Shown: positions 12,734 through 37,453 of the stretch, in pieces
Layout of the letters: the number at the start of each line of letters is the position of its first letter
Numbering within the stretch: the stretch's first letter is position 1
Source of the DNA: Microbotryum violaceum
Lineage: Eukaryota
DNA length: 64,000 nt
Direction: 5' to 3'
Assembly (NCBI GenBank): GCA_001244265.2
Contig: LN717261.1
Span: 1,379,591-1,443,590 of the forward strand
Position numbers and translations under genes: made by a program
The notes under the pieces: model-generated
Told to the model about the DNA's origin: nothing
Seen by the model: the letters and a program-made list of their open reading frames with translations, nothing else
Databases searched by the model: none

Positions 12734-12890
12734 TGTTGGAAACAGCGATGATCCCGAAATGATCAACAAAAGAAGAAGAACGGCTGGACCAGGAGTCGAA
12801 CCTGGGTCGCTTCCATTCATTGGAAAAGCTTTGACCAACTAAGCTATCCGGCCCCTGATATCAGTGCAAGGTCTACTAACACCTTCAACA
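12734..12890. mobile_element. Short TGTTG...CAACA LTR-like unit enclosing the tRNA-like sequence
   Basis: TGTTGG at 12734 and TCAACA ending 12890; no matching TSD (GTTCC vs TTGTT). Confidence 0.4.
12781..12853 (-). tRNA. tRNA-like gene or pseudogene (73-nt cloverleaf; nominal anticodon TGA, non-canonical loop)
   Basis: GGCCGGA/TCCAGCC acceptor stem (1 mismatch), D-arm with A-box TAGCTTAGTTGG, TTTCC/GGAAG stem with loop AATGAAT, 4-nt variable loop, CCAGG-TTCGACT-CCTGG T-arm (B-box), downstream TTTT. Confidence 0.75.
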
Positions 12891-13594
12891 TTGTTGTCAG
12901 CATCGTCAGACGGGCGACGGATCCCCCCCACCACACCCCACACACACACACCATCACGCTTCATCTTCCAACAAAACACTGTATACTAAATATCTTGCTT
13001 TCATCTTTCATCTATTACAGGTCTGCCTTCGTTGCTCATGGACCGGCTCGCGATTTGAGATTGACTCGACGGTGACTCACGCTCTTTGGCTTCGGGGTTC
13101 TGAGTCAAGGGAGGGATCAGCAGACACAGGCAGAAAGTCGGCTTTGAGGGGCCAGGAACTGCTGAGGTGGAGGTTTTGAGGGGCCTCCACCGCGTCTTGT
13201 TGTGACCGAGCATAGACTTAGGACTTCGCGGGTCAGGGTAGTTGCGCAGTCGATCTCCTGTCTTTGTCTCGACCGAGTTGGGAAGTGACGGCGGGGTGGG
13301 CCTCTTGTCGCTTAGTAAATTGTTTTGTTACTCCTTTCTCTTTCTCTCTCTCTCTCCTTCTCTCTCTCATTCGTCTCCTGGGGGGGAGCAACCGCTTGGC
13401 TGGGGCACTTGAATCCCAAGTATCGGATTGGTGGACACCGGCCCGTTTCTCGCATCTTGCGGGCGGTTTGTGTTATCATTGTCGACTTCCATCTAGTTTT
13501 TCCGTAGGCCAATCAGGGGGAACAGGAATTGGGGGCAATATGATGAACAAGTTCTACAACAAAAAAAAAGACGGAGGCGACGGGAGGCGCCGCC

Positions 13595-15889
13595 TCCGTC
13601 GCCCGTCTGACGATGCTGACAACAACCCACCTGATCCGAGTCAGATTCCTGATGGCTACGAGCCGGTGGTACCTACGACGGAGCGGACTTCCGAGTTAGC
13701 CGAACGCTGGGGTGCTCCGGCAGGGTCCCGCCGTCGAGGGGGGGCAGAGCAGCAAGCAATGTTCGTCGACGTGGGGACCATCTTGGGAGACGTGATTCTC
13801 CTTAACGAGCTTCGAGGCTGGGAACAAGTCCTCAACGTCGTCGTCAACCTCGAAGAATGCAACGATTGGACCAACCTTTCGTCGATCGTTCAAGGATCCA
13901 CCGAGGGCATCAGCGGAATCGAGGAACTTGAAGCGTACCAGGTCTGGACCGGAAGTCCCGACGAGCCGACATACAAGCAGGCGATGGCCGGCGAGGATCG
14001 CGAGGATTGGTCCTTTTCCCTCATGACCGAGTACTCGATTCTGAACGGCATGAACACATGGGACAAGGAGGCCACCGATCCGCCGCCAGGTGTTCGAGCA
14101 ATCCCAACGAAGGTCGTCCTCACCCGCAAGCGGAATGACAAAGGTGACATCATCAAGTACAAGGCAAGGATCGTCGCACGGGGGGATCTCCAGAACCATC
14201 ACGGGGAAACATTCTCACCGACAGCTCGAATCGCCTCCATCCGGATGATCAACATCATAGCTCACGTCAAAGGGTATCGGCGGCTTCAGTTCGACGTCAA
14301 CAGCGCATACCGTCACGGCCACATCGCCGAACCACTATGGATCAAGCTGCCGGACGGTTCCACCCATCGACTGCGCAAATCCCTGTATGGTCTCAAGCAG
14401 TGGGGTCGTGAGTGGAACAAGGTCTTGCATTTGCATGCTGCGCTCGTCGATCGCGGTTTCAAACGAATGGAGGAGGATTTTGGGGTCTACCGAAGGGTTC
14501 GCAACATCGGGGGCGTCGATCGCACAACTCTCTTGGCCATCTACTCAACGACGGTCTTCTCGCCGGTGACGACGATCTCTGTCAAGATATTGCTGTTTCA
14601 TCCCACTTGTATTCCCGATTATGATTAGCTACTAGCTGTTGATATTAGTCGCCTCGCGCGTCTCGAGCATGCCTCGCGCGCGCTTCCTTAGCGCTTCTCT
14701 TCTTTCTCCAACTATCTTTACTATCATCTTCGGCTCTCGTACTTACGCACCTCGTGCCTCGGCTTCAGTTCCCAAAAATCTTGAAAGGTTCCTCAGCGAG
14801 TTCGAGCAACAGTTCAAGCTCAAGCGAGGCGAGGTCGAGTTATTCCTGGGGATGAAGATTACCACCGACGACGCATCGGGGATCATGACCATTGACCAGT
14901 GCCACCAGATCGAGTCCATCCTGAACAATCACGGGTTTGCGAACGCTTCCGCGGTGGCAACCCCAACCTCCGACAGCGATCAGCACTCAGATGGAGGGAC
15001 TGCTCATCTCAAGCTCAACTATCGCCAGGTCGTTGGTGAGCTACTCTGGGTCTCAGGATGCACAAGGCCCGATATCTCTTATGCGGTCACCCAACTGTCA
15101 AGACACTGCGCCGATCCGAAACCTGAACACTTTAGGTAAATGCGGCGAGTGCTTCGCTATCTGCGCGGGACAATTATCGTCGACTCGAGTACAATCGACA
15201 CTTGGAATCGATGTGACCTTGTACTGCGACTCGGATCATGCAGCGGAGAAGTCGGGGTGTCGATCAATTTCGGGTTACACAGTCATCATGGCCGGGTCGG
15301 CGATCACATGGGCGTCCAAGCGCCAAGTATCGCTTGCCACCTCGTCCGTCCAAGCCGAGTATCAAGCTCTCTCGGCTGCTGCCCGGGAGACGCTATGGAT
15401 TCGCTCTCTGCTTTTCTCACTCGGGGTCCCTCCATCTTCACCCACCATCATTCATGGGGATTCAACGGGAGCAATTGCCTTGGCCGATCACCCGACCTCA
15501 CACGCGACCACCAAGCACATTGCAACACACTGCCACTTTACTCGAGAGCTTGTCTCGAACGTCATCATCGAGCTCCGATGGATCGGGACCAAGGAGATGG
15601 TCGCGGACGGATTCACCAAGGGGCTCTTGCGTGTGCCACACGAGTCGTTCGTTCGGATGCTTGGAATGGTGGACGCTCCTCGCCAGGGGGCGTGTTGGAA
15701 GGGACTGCGCGAGCAGTAATGGCTAGAAGCGTCTTTGGGGTTTTTGGGTAGTTTAAGCCATTTTGGCCAGGGAGGCGCGGACTGCGTCAGCGGCGGTGCG
15801 GAGTCCTCTTGATTGGTTCCTCACCAATCATTGACTCTGCTATCGACCGTTGACTGAAGTTTGTGTTCTCGCCTTCCTGGACCAAAGAA
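13595..15889 (+). mobile_element. 5'-truncated Ty1/copia element (family B): degenerate RT-RNase H, PPT, start of 3' LTR
   Basis: EPTYKQAM, KYKARIVARG, LRKSLYGLKQ, YRQVVGELLW..RPDI, DSDHA, KHIATHCHFTRE, MVADGFTK; PPT AGGGGGCG then TGTTGG at 15693; frameshift at the YVDD region. Confidence 0.9.
14580..14777 (+). mobile_element. Solo LTR of copia family A inserted in the family-B RT (intron-less LTR form)
   Basis: TGTCAAG...CCCAAAA, homologous to LTRs at 41570 and 46216; TSD ATCTC/ATCTT (one C-to-T change). Confidence 0.88.
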
Positions 15890-28985
<13,096 letters not shown>

Positions 28986-29392
28986 CAGCTGACCAAACAC
29001 TTTGCGTGCAATGAATTGCGCAACTCGCATTACATCGTTGATACCCGGTCCCTGCTTCAGCTTGTCACTGCGCCGTCCGTAAAGACCCAAAGCTTCGGCC
29101 CCCGAGTCCCCATTTTCACTCGAAGCTTGTCATGATGCGGCCGCGGACGAACCGCGCATTTGATCTCCCGTTGCGTTCATGAACAACCCCCGTGACTGTT
29201 GCATCTGCTCGAGCTCCATCTGCTTGTCCTGCTGATGCTTCATCAGTGCCGGTACAGTGATGGGATAAGAGAAGCGAGGAAAGCGCGAACACGCCATTTG
29301 CAAAGCAGCATCCGCACACACATCTGCATGGGTTACAGAGAAGTGGTCAGAGATTTTACATCGCAATCAACTCGTATTCCTTGGGCAGAGCA

Positions 29393-29683
29393 TTACTGAC
29401 AACAATTCACTGCTTCATACGGTAGACAATGAGCCTTGCTTGCAACACGCTTGACCGTTTGGTTGAGCTGCTCCATGGCAAAGCACCAAGTCATGGCAGG
29501 TGGCCCATGCCATTCGATGAAATCGGCTATGTGTAATACCGCATGAACCGAGTGCGGCAGATTGATCAAGTGAACTGATTTCCCTGAGTAATATAATCTG
29601 AAGCCGAGGTAAACAAGGCAGATTAGGGTCAGATGACTGAGGTCCTTCAGGGAAGAGTGGCACCGTGAGGGCTTACGATTCAA
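29393..29683 (-). pseudogene. CACTA/CMC-like transposase C-terminal fragment
   Basis: PHSVHAVLHIADFIEWHGPPAMTWCFAMEQLNQTVKR resembles the H..lH....GP....W.F.mER motif of EnSpm/CMC transposases. Confidence 0.7.
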
Positions 29684-29689
29684 ACTCGG

Positions 29690-31640
29690 TACACCAGGAG
29701 GCTATGTCACGTCGAAGAGCGCCATCCTTGGCTACATCCTCCTTGTTGATTTTTATAGCCATGCAATCTTTAACCCTCCTCCGAAGCGCCTGCCCACGCC
29801 CACCGCCCCCAGCCACAGCCCCACGTATAAACCCAATGACCCTCCCCAACTCCATAGCACCTCGATGGAGGCCTTGCGCGAATACTTCATGCGCCTGGAC
29901 TTCTACAACCGTCGCATCGCCCGTACACCCATGACGAGCGACTACAATAAGATCGAGGGGGCCGGTATGGGGTTGCAGGTCTTTGCGCTCAAGACCTGGT
30001 TCACCCAGGGCCTGAGCAAGCACCTTGCAAAGCCATACGCTCAGTTCAAGTCGGAACTGATTCGCCGGGCTGTACCAGCGGACTTCGTCTGGACCCAGCT
30101 CGCTGAACTCCACCGTCTACGCCAAGCCCCCGGCCACAACATCAACGCCTTTCAGGAAATCTCCGATCAGATGCGCTCACTGCAAATGGAGATTGGCTTC
30201 CAGGTTGTCTCCGACCAAGAAGTGGCCAAGCTGGTTCTCCTGGGCACCGATCCGGAACTTTGCCGGATCCTCCGCACCTACATGGTCTCGTCGCTGGCTG
30301 GCTGGTCGGACCTCTCGCTCGAGAAGCTTGCCCTCAACGCTCCGGTAGTCTCTACCAGTCCGGAGGCCGCCGAGGTTTTTAGTGACGCACACACGGACCA
30401 ACCTCTCGAATTCGATTACCAAGTCTTTGAGAGGATTGGTCGCGAGGAATGGAGCGTCATTGCGCAGCGACGCCAAGCCATTGCGACCCAGGTCAGTGCG
30501 CTACAACAGCGCCCCACGTACTTGCGACCCGCTGCAGTCTTGGCTACACCTCAAGTTGCGACAGCTGCTACCGCCCATTCCCCAATCACGGGTGGCCCCT
30601 GCCCCGTCGCCCGACTCACCATCGATGAGCGCGCGTACCTGGACCAGAACCACGGATGCTATCGCTGCCGCACTCTCAACGCCGACCACATCTTGCGCAA
30701 CTGCCCCTGCTACTTGTCACCCATGGGAGTGTCCGCCACTCCGTCGATGCCAACGTCGACCGCTCCTGCGCCTCGCCCCGGGCCCCGTATGGTGGCAGCC
30801 ATTCGGACCTTCCAAGAAACTGGCGATTCAACCGTGTTCGCTGGCCTCAGCAGCGACTCGGAGGACGACAACGATCCTTCGTACGCACCGCATCCCTTTC
30901 CCCCCTTACCCGTCTCCCTAGCCGGCGCTCATGGTACTCTCCTTGCCTCCGCCCTAGTTGATTCGGGATCGCCTCAAACGTTTCTCAGTGAGGAGCTTGT
31001 TTAGCGATTGGGTTTGGAAAGGCACGCCCTGAAACAGCACTCGAAGTACACCCTTGCAATGCTAAACCAAGTCCCCACTGTCTTCACCTGCACGCATTTT
31101 GTTCGAGTCCCGCTCGAGCTGGCCAAGGGCTCTGGGCCGCGGGACCAACGTACGCCGAGGTAGCGCCCCTCGGGAAGGACCTCGAGATTATCTTGGGAGG
31201 CAACTTCATCTATCGGCACAAGATGGAGCTCGGCCTCTTCCCTCAGCCACACCTCACCTGCAAAGCCAACCCCATACACGCTATAGACCTGCTGGCGCTG
31301 TCGTCCCAGCCGTGCGCCGCCGCGTGGGTTGCCGCAACTGCTCCGGTTTTTGACGCCGAGGAGCAGCTCCGCCTTGACGTGCTTGACCATTGCCTCCGAG
31401 CGGAGTTTGCCGACCGTTTTTCTGCGGATATCCCGCCTGTACACTCGTACCAATCCCCGGTGCGACACCGCATCGAGCTTGACAAGCCGTCCACTGTCGT
31501 CAACCTTCGAGGATACCCCTTCCCGAAGAAGTATCGCGAGGCATGGTACTTATTGCTACAGGAACATCTTGCGGCCGGTCGCCTCCACCCCTCTCAGTCG
31601 TCATACTTGTCACTCTTGTTCATCATCCCAAAGGGCTGCG
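29690..31640 (+). mobile_element. Truncated Ty3/gypsy fragment (gag, protease, start of RT), related to the element at 17189
   Basis: GCYRCRTLNADHILRNC knuckle, LVDSGS protease, [28 protein letters not shown]; in-frame TAG at 31002-31004; ends before the RT core. Confidence 0.85.
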
Positions 31641-32239
31641 ACAGGCGAGCAAGTGGCGGTGAAGTATCACTGCGGCCACCCTTTAAAGGCCCTGGGTATG
31701 TCAGGCTCTGTTAGTTGGCATACAAGGTCGACTGTGTCCCATTAACTAGGTATTATCCACGGGAGAAAAGCCAAGACCCGTTTAGACTGGACACACACCG
31801 AACTGCCATCTGCCGCTGAGGCTGCAGATTCGAGGAATCACGCGCCCTCACGCTCACTCATCCTGGCTCACGGACCACATAGGAGAGTAATGCAAATGCT
31901 AGCATCGCCTTTGGGCGCAGTTTTAGCTCCTGGGATTCTCTGACCACCAGTCAGCACCTAGGTAAAAGAAAACTCAAAGTACCTACCTCTTGAGTTGAAC
32001 GCATACATTTCACGGCCCACTTGCTCGCCCTCGGATCACTGGTCAACCGCTTCATGATAGCCCTCACTAGTGGGGCCAGACTGTGCTGTGGGCCACCACT
32101 AGGTACAAAGTACTGGCATCAAGAAAGATAGTCTTTGGCATCGAATCCAACCCTTGAGATACTTTACACACCGAGTTGTTTCTGAGAAATACCAAAAACA
32201 AAACCCTCAGAATAACCTCGGTGACCCGAAGCTCTTTTC

Positions 32240-33193
32240 TCAGACGACGCCTTCGCCTAATCGTTCCTTGGGTGCCTGCGTCGTATGAAGCGTATAAGAA
32301 TGCAAAATCGTCAGCTCAGGGTTTTTCTTATGGAAAGGAGTGCTTATCAGCCTTTGTGTAGACTCACGGATTCGAGTACGGGTGGTTCGTCAATGAAGTC
32401 GGGGAGTTCGGCCGTCACGTTCGACGGTTGGAGGTACGACGGGATCGCTTTCTCCTCTTCGAATTCGTCGCCCAGTGCATCCAGTTCTATCCACGTTGAA
32501 GGAGAGAAGGTCAGAGTGCGGGAAGGATGAAGGTTGTAGGGTATCGTACGGACCTGCTTCGAGATCAGCTTCGTCTACGTCGTCCGGTACGCCGTAGGTC
32601 CGTGACATGGACTCTTGTACCTCGTTCGCTTGTTCGATCAGGTCTTCCATCTCGAAATGCATTTGCTGTGGGAGGAAAAATGACGCATCGGTGTAAGGGT
32701 CGACTGACACCCATTTGATCGACGGATCGAGGAAAACCGACCTCGATCTTGTCAACGTCCAATTTGCCGTACTCTTTCTTCAACTGCTTGTTGGCGGTCT
32801 TCATTGCGTCGACGGTTGCCATCGTATTTCGTAAGTTTTCGGTTGTAAGCGAGGCTTGCTCCATGTTGAAAGTCTGTTGTTGAAGTTGGCCAATCTGGGC
32901 TTCGTAGAGTTTCTTTTGCTTGAGGACTCGTAAAGCCCTTTGTTGTACCGCGGACTGAATGAATGGGAACGATCAGCGAATCAAAGGCGGGTAGAGCGCC
33001 ATGCTCAAGCGTCGCTGCTCACTTTGCCCGCGCCTTCTTTCATCTTCCTCATCTGATCCCTATACTTTGTCAGCTCGGCATCGAGCTTGCGGATCTTGAC
33101 CTCGATCGAGTCGATGCGCAAGTCCGTTGAGGCGATCGCGTCCGAGAGGGAGGGTTTGGGTATCGAGGACGAGGCGCCAAAGAGGCGGTTCAT
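32240..33193 (-). CDS. VPS60: ESCRT-III Snf7-family protein Vps60/CHMP5, multi-exon
   Basis: MNRLFG..KPSLSDAI..DSIEVKIRKLDAEL, ALRVLKQKKLYE, MEQASLTTENLRNTMATVDAMK, MEDLIEQANEVQESMSRTYGVPDDVDEADLEA; the last exon and TGA at 32240-32242 are inferred. Confidence 0.92.
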
Positions 33194-33905
33194 GATGGGG
33201 GATCGAGGCTGGGGAAAGTGGCAGGGGGGAAGAGGGGAGGAGGGTGCAGGGGGGAAGCAAGTGGGGCGGCAGATAGGCGGGACCGACGGAGGCGAGAGGA
33301 GTGGGGTGTCAGCGCAGAGTGCGGGTGTGGGAAAATAGCCTCTGTGTACGGTTTTCTTACTTGCTATCAACACTGTGCGTGGATCGATCGATCGGCAGTC
33401 GTACGCAGAGAGGCGTGTGGGTGGGGACGAGCGTGACCGGTGCCAGCTTACAAGTGGGTGAGATTGACGAGCTTCGAGTCTAATAGTAGCGGTTGGTTTT
33501 TGTGGTATGGCCGATTCGAATAAGCTGTCGGGTGATGTTGCGACCACATGCGGGTGGGGGCAGAACCCAAGAAACGAAAGACGAATGACTCGGAATGTCT
33601 CGAGCGACGATCACAAATCAGTCACGAGCGATGACGTGTTTCGTCTTGCCTCGTCGCCATTTCATTCAGCTCCTCTCCGCTCTGTCCAGTCTCTCCTCGC
33701 CCCCGGGAAACCTCAACTACCTCGATCCCCTCACGTCAGTTTCCGAGGAAACTTGTTTTGCCACCTCGCATCCCGCTCAGTAGCAAAAGACGTCGCTGGG
33801 TGATCCCCAGTTTGACCTCGACGCGAGCTCAATCGCCCGAACCGTTCACCGACGCGTTCTCATCTGTGCCTCGTCCCCATGCTCTAATCGAGTCATACAC
33901 CGACC

Positions 33906-36147
33906 ATGTCCTCCTCCGAATCGTCGCGCCCCACACCATACGCACCCACTGCGACCCCTTCCCGCCCTTCTCGAACCCGGGAAAGCTCCTCCTCGACCCA
34001 TCTCACGCGCCAGAAATCGTCCCACGTGCTGCTCCAAACCCCGGCTCCTGCTCGAACAACGACGACCTCGTCCTCGGGTAAGACATCGACCCCGGCCGGT
34101 GGGCCCGTGACGTCCGCTTCCTTCTCCCCTGCGTACCAAACTTCGATCAGGTCAAGGCATTCCCTCTACGGCATCGAGGACCGCATCGTACTCGACCTCG
34201 GCTCACGAATTTGGAAACTCGGTTTCAGTGGCGAACCTCGTCCGAGGGTTTGTCTCGATGTGACCAGTCTTGTTGAAGAAGAAGGCGAGACGGCCAATGA
34301 AGAGGCAGGGGGTTTGTTGTGGGCTCTGGAAGGGTATCAGGTCGATGAGACGAGGGAACGGATTAGGTACGAGAGGCTCAAGAAGGGGTTGAGGAGGATT
34401 TGGTACACGTACGCTCCCCACCTTTCTCGTGGTGCTTTTTGTCGGAGAGCTTAGTCATATTTTTTCCTCTTTTGTTGCAGTAACTTGATGACCGACCCGA
34501 AACAACGCAAGATCATCATCAGCGAGAACCCACTGCTCTCGACTCAGGTCAAGTACATGATCGCCAAAGTGCTCTTTGAGAACCTCCAGGTCAGTAGTCT
34601 CGATCTGTTCAGCAAGGTCAATACCTGAACGCAAATGACTCATTGTGACTCTATCATAGGTCCCGTCCATCACTTTTGCGTCTGCACCCGTCTTGGCGCT
34701 CTTGGCAACGGGGAACGTAACCGGACTCGTCGTCGACTGCGGTCATCTCGAAACGACCGTTTTACCCGTGCGTTCCACTTCCCTACCTTCCCTTCCCTCC
34801 ACCCCCCCCCCCTCTTCTCTCTCGAACTTACATCGTCCCCCTCCCACCCCTCCAGGTCTTCGCCTCCCGACCCTTATTTCCCTCCCTACTGTCCACCCCG
34901 CGTGCCTCCTGCCTTCTTAACGCCCGACTCAAAGCGCTCCTCCTCGAATTCGCTTCTTACGCACCCCCACCTACTTCGTTCAATTCCTCTAAGCCACCGA
35001 CGATAGGGAGGGTACCGGAATGTATACTGAGTGAGCAAGTGGTGGAGGAGGTTAAGAATAGGTGTTGTTTCGTTGGGAAGAGGGTGGAGGAGGAGGGGCA
35101 CGAAGAGGAGATAGAGGAACGTGAACGTCCTGATCTTGAAGGGTCGGCACTCCAAAAGATGGAAAAGAGGTTCGCGAAACGGACGAAGGCGATGACTTTA
35201 TCCTGGAGGTTACCCGTCAGTACAGCCAAAGCAGGTCGGACGACGAGTACCACACCGGGTACTTTGACGGGTCAAGGGTGGTTATTGATCCCCGGGTGGG
35301 TCAGGGAGCGTGCAGCGGAAATCATCTTCGAAAGTGGGGACGGGGGCGAGGATGAAAGAAGTTTACAAGAGGTCGTTTTGGAGGCTTTGTTGAAGGTCAG
35401 TGCAAAGGACGACCTGTCTGGCCAAATTGGAGGGACTGATCTTCTTTTTCTTACCCTTGCCTTGGCCTGTGTCTTTCTCCTCAGTTACCGATCGACTTGA
35501 GAAGGCCGTTGGCGCGGTCGATTCTATGCACGGGAGGTACAACGATGCTACCTGGCTTTATACCACGACTTAGGCACGAGATTGATGAAGTGTTGAGGCT
35601 TTCGCAAACGGCACCTCTGGGGTCCAAGCCGATTACCCAGGGAAAAGATTCGGCGACGAGACGAGCGTATCGAGCGAGGTTGGACAAGCTACGAACGACA
35701 CCGAGGTATGCGTCGTTGACACCGCTGAGGAACCAGATTTCCATCCTCAACGATTCTTCCAACTCGTTCAATGACACCGAGACCGCAGAGGATGGGGAGG
35801 GACCAAAAAGATTGGGTCCTCGATCGGGAAGTGCTCCTGCTTGGAGCGCAAGTCTGTTGAATTGGGTCGGGGGTAGTCTGGCAGGATGCTTGAAGTTGGG
35901 GGGTGTGGAGGAGGTCAAGAGGGAGGGGTGGGACGAGAGACAGATCGAACGGGAGAAGGGGAAGGAGGGGTCTGAGAGGGCGGAGGTAGGGGTGCAGCTC
36001 GGGGAGGAGGCAGAAGAGGAAGAGAGGATGGCGAGGGGTACGGCTCCGCTTGGACCGACGCTGGGGATGGGCGTGGTGGTGAACAACGTGGAGGAGGGGA
36101 GTGAGGGGCGGCCGAGGGTCAGCCAATGGGTTGGTTTGGAGGCTTGA
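33906..36147 (+). CDS. Divergent actin-related protein, dynactin Arp10/Arp11 (Ro7)-like, multi-exon
   Basis: RHSLYGIEDRIVLDLGSRIWKLGFSGEPRPR, TGLVVDCGHLETTVLP, IPGWVRERAAE, LCTGGTTMLPGFIPRL, WVGGSLAG. Confidence 0.8.
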
Positions 36148-36298
36148 TGGCCTCTTCCGGGACTCGGGGACATATCTCGCAGTAGAAGATGTGATTTATG
36201 TTACAACATACAATATATAGCAATCACAAAATACACCAGACAACACTCCGGATTCCTCCTTTCTCCAACCTAGGTTTGTCAATCGTCGAGCCATGTCT

Positions 36299-37223
36299 TC
36301 AGGTGACAACCTTGAGCGCTACGGCGGAAATGACGATTTCGTCCAGGGCTTTTGGAGAGGTTCGAGGATTGTTGGAAGCCTGAGCTTTGAGAAGAAGGGG
36401 GTCTTGGTTGAGTTTGTAGAGCTTCGGGAGCGGAGAGGCGCAGACGGGGAGCAAACGTCAAAGAAACGAAGGGTATCGAAAAAAAGGTAAGTTCGGTGCT
36501 TTAGAGAGTGGTCGCACAGAGTGCAATAGGACAGCTTGGCCACGAAAAGGGAATTATGACCCTACCCTCCTCAGACTCTTCTCATTCACTAAACTTCCTT
36601 CATGCCCACCCAGTTGATCCAAGCTGAGCAAACCCCCGCCATCTACCAAAGCTTGCATCCTTTCCAATACTCGTTTACCCGCCTCGTTGATGGAATTGAG
36701 TGATTCGGCGGGAGTGGAAGTGACGTGGACTAGGCAGAGGTGTTGGGTCGTGTTCGAGAGGCCAAAATGTTTCAACGAGTCGGAGATCTGCCGGGGGATG
36801 AAGATGAACTCGGGGCATCAAGAAACCGAACGAAGACGGACTGCGTGTACGTACATTTGTTCCAGGTTCGAGGGAATAGAGTATCTCGGAATGGATCGTA
36901 TGAGTTCTTGCGGTGCCATTCGAGCGACTGAGCAACGCTTGCGAGACTGCCGTCAGGAGATGCAGGCGAGAAGTCAACTGGAGGGCAGAGCGGCGCGGCA
37001 TCAGCTCCGTGTACAGCTTCATGTGGGACGACCGGGTCGGTGCACTGACCATGGAAGCATCGAGGAATGCAAATTTGACGGCTTGGCGTTCGCTCGTACC
37101 GTGTTCGTCATCGGGTAAGGTCGACGCAGCGATGAGGCGTTGACGCAGATAGGAGGCGTTGCGGAGGGAAAAGAGTGCGTAGTGCACGACCACATTGTGA
37201 TGTGAGAGTAGGATGGTTTCCAT
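36299..37223 (-). CDS. CGI121: KEOPS/EKC complex subunit Cgi121 (TPRKB), multi-exon
   Basis: NASYLRQRL..FAFLDASM|LTSRLHLLTAVSQAL..THTIHSEILYSLEPGTN|ISDSLKHFGL..|YKL..VALKVVT*. Confidence 0.9.
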
Positions 37224-37453
37224 CACTGAACTGGGTAGGCCGGGGCAGAGTGAAGCGAGGCGGGAGCCAGTTCGTGCGTGAGCTGCAGCTTCGAGGAGCA
37301 GTTACTGAGCGCTGACTCAGGGCTACTCAGGGGAGCTCAGAGGACGGTTCAGCATCACGTGATCGCGTGTCAAACAAACGCCCCACGCATGCGTCGCGCT
37401 GTCTTTTCTCATCACCTCTGATCGCGGCCACCCTCACGGAGACTCGCGGTAGG

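Noticed and set aside
12781-12853. Functional tRNA-Ser(UGA) or a recoding tRNA
   Set aside because: A33, no long variable arm and an acceptor mismatch argue against a decoding role.
31640-32160. Possible LTR or regulatory remnant after the truncated gypsy
   Set aside because: No termini, TSD or second copy in the window.
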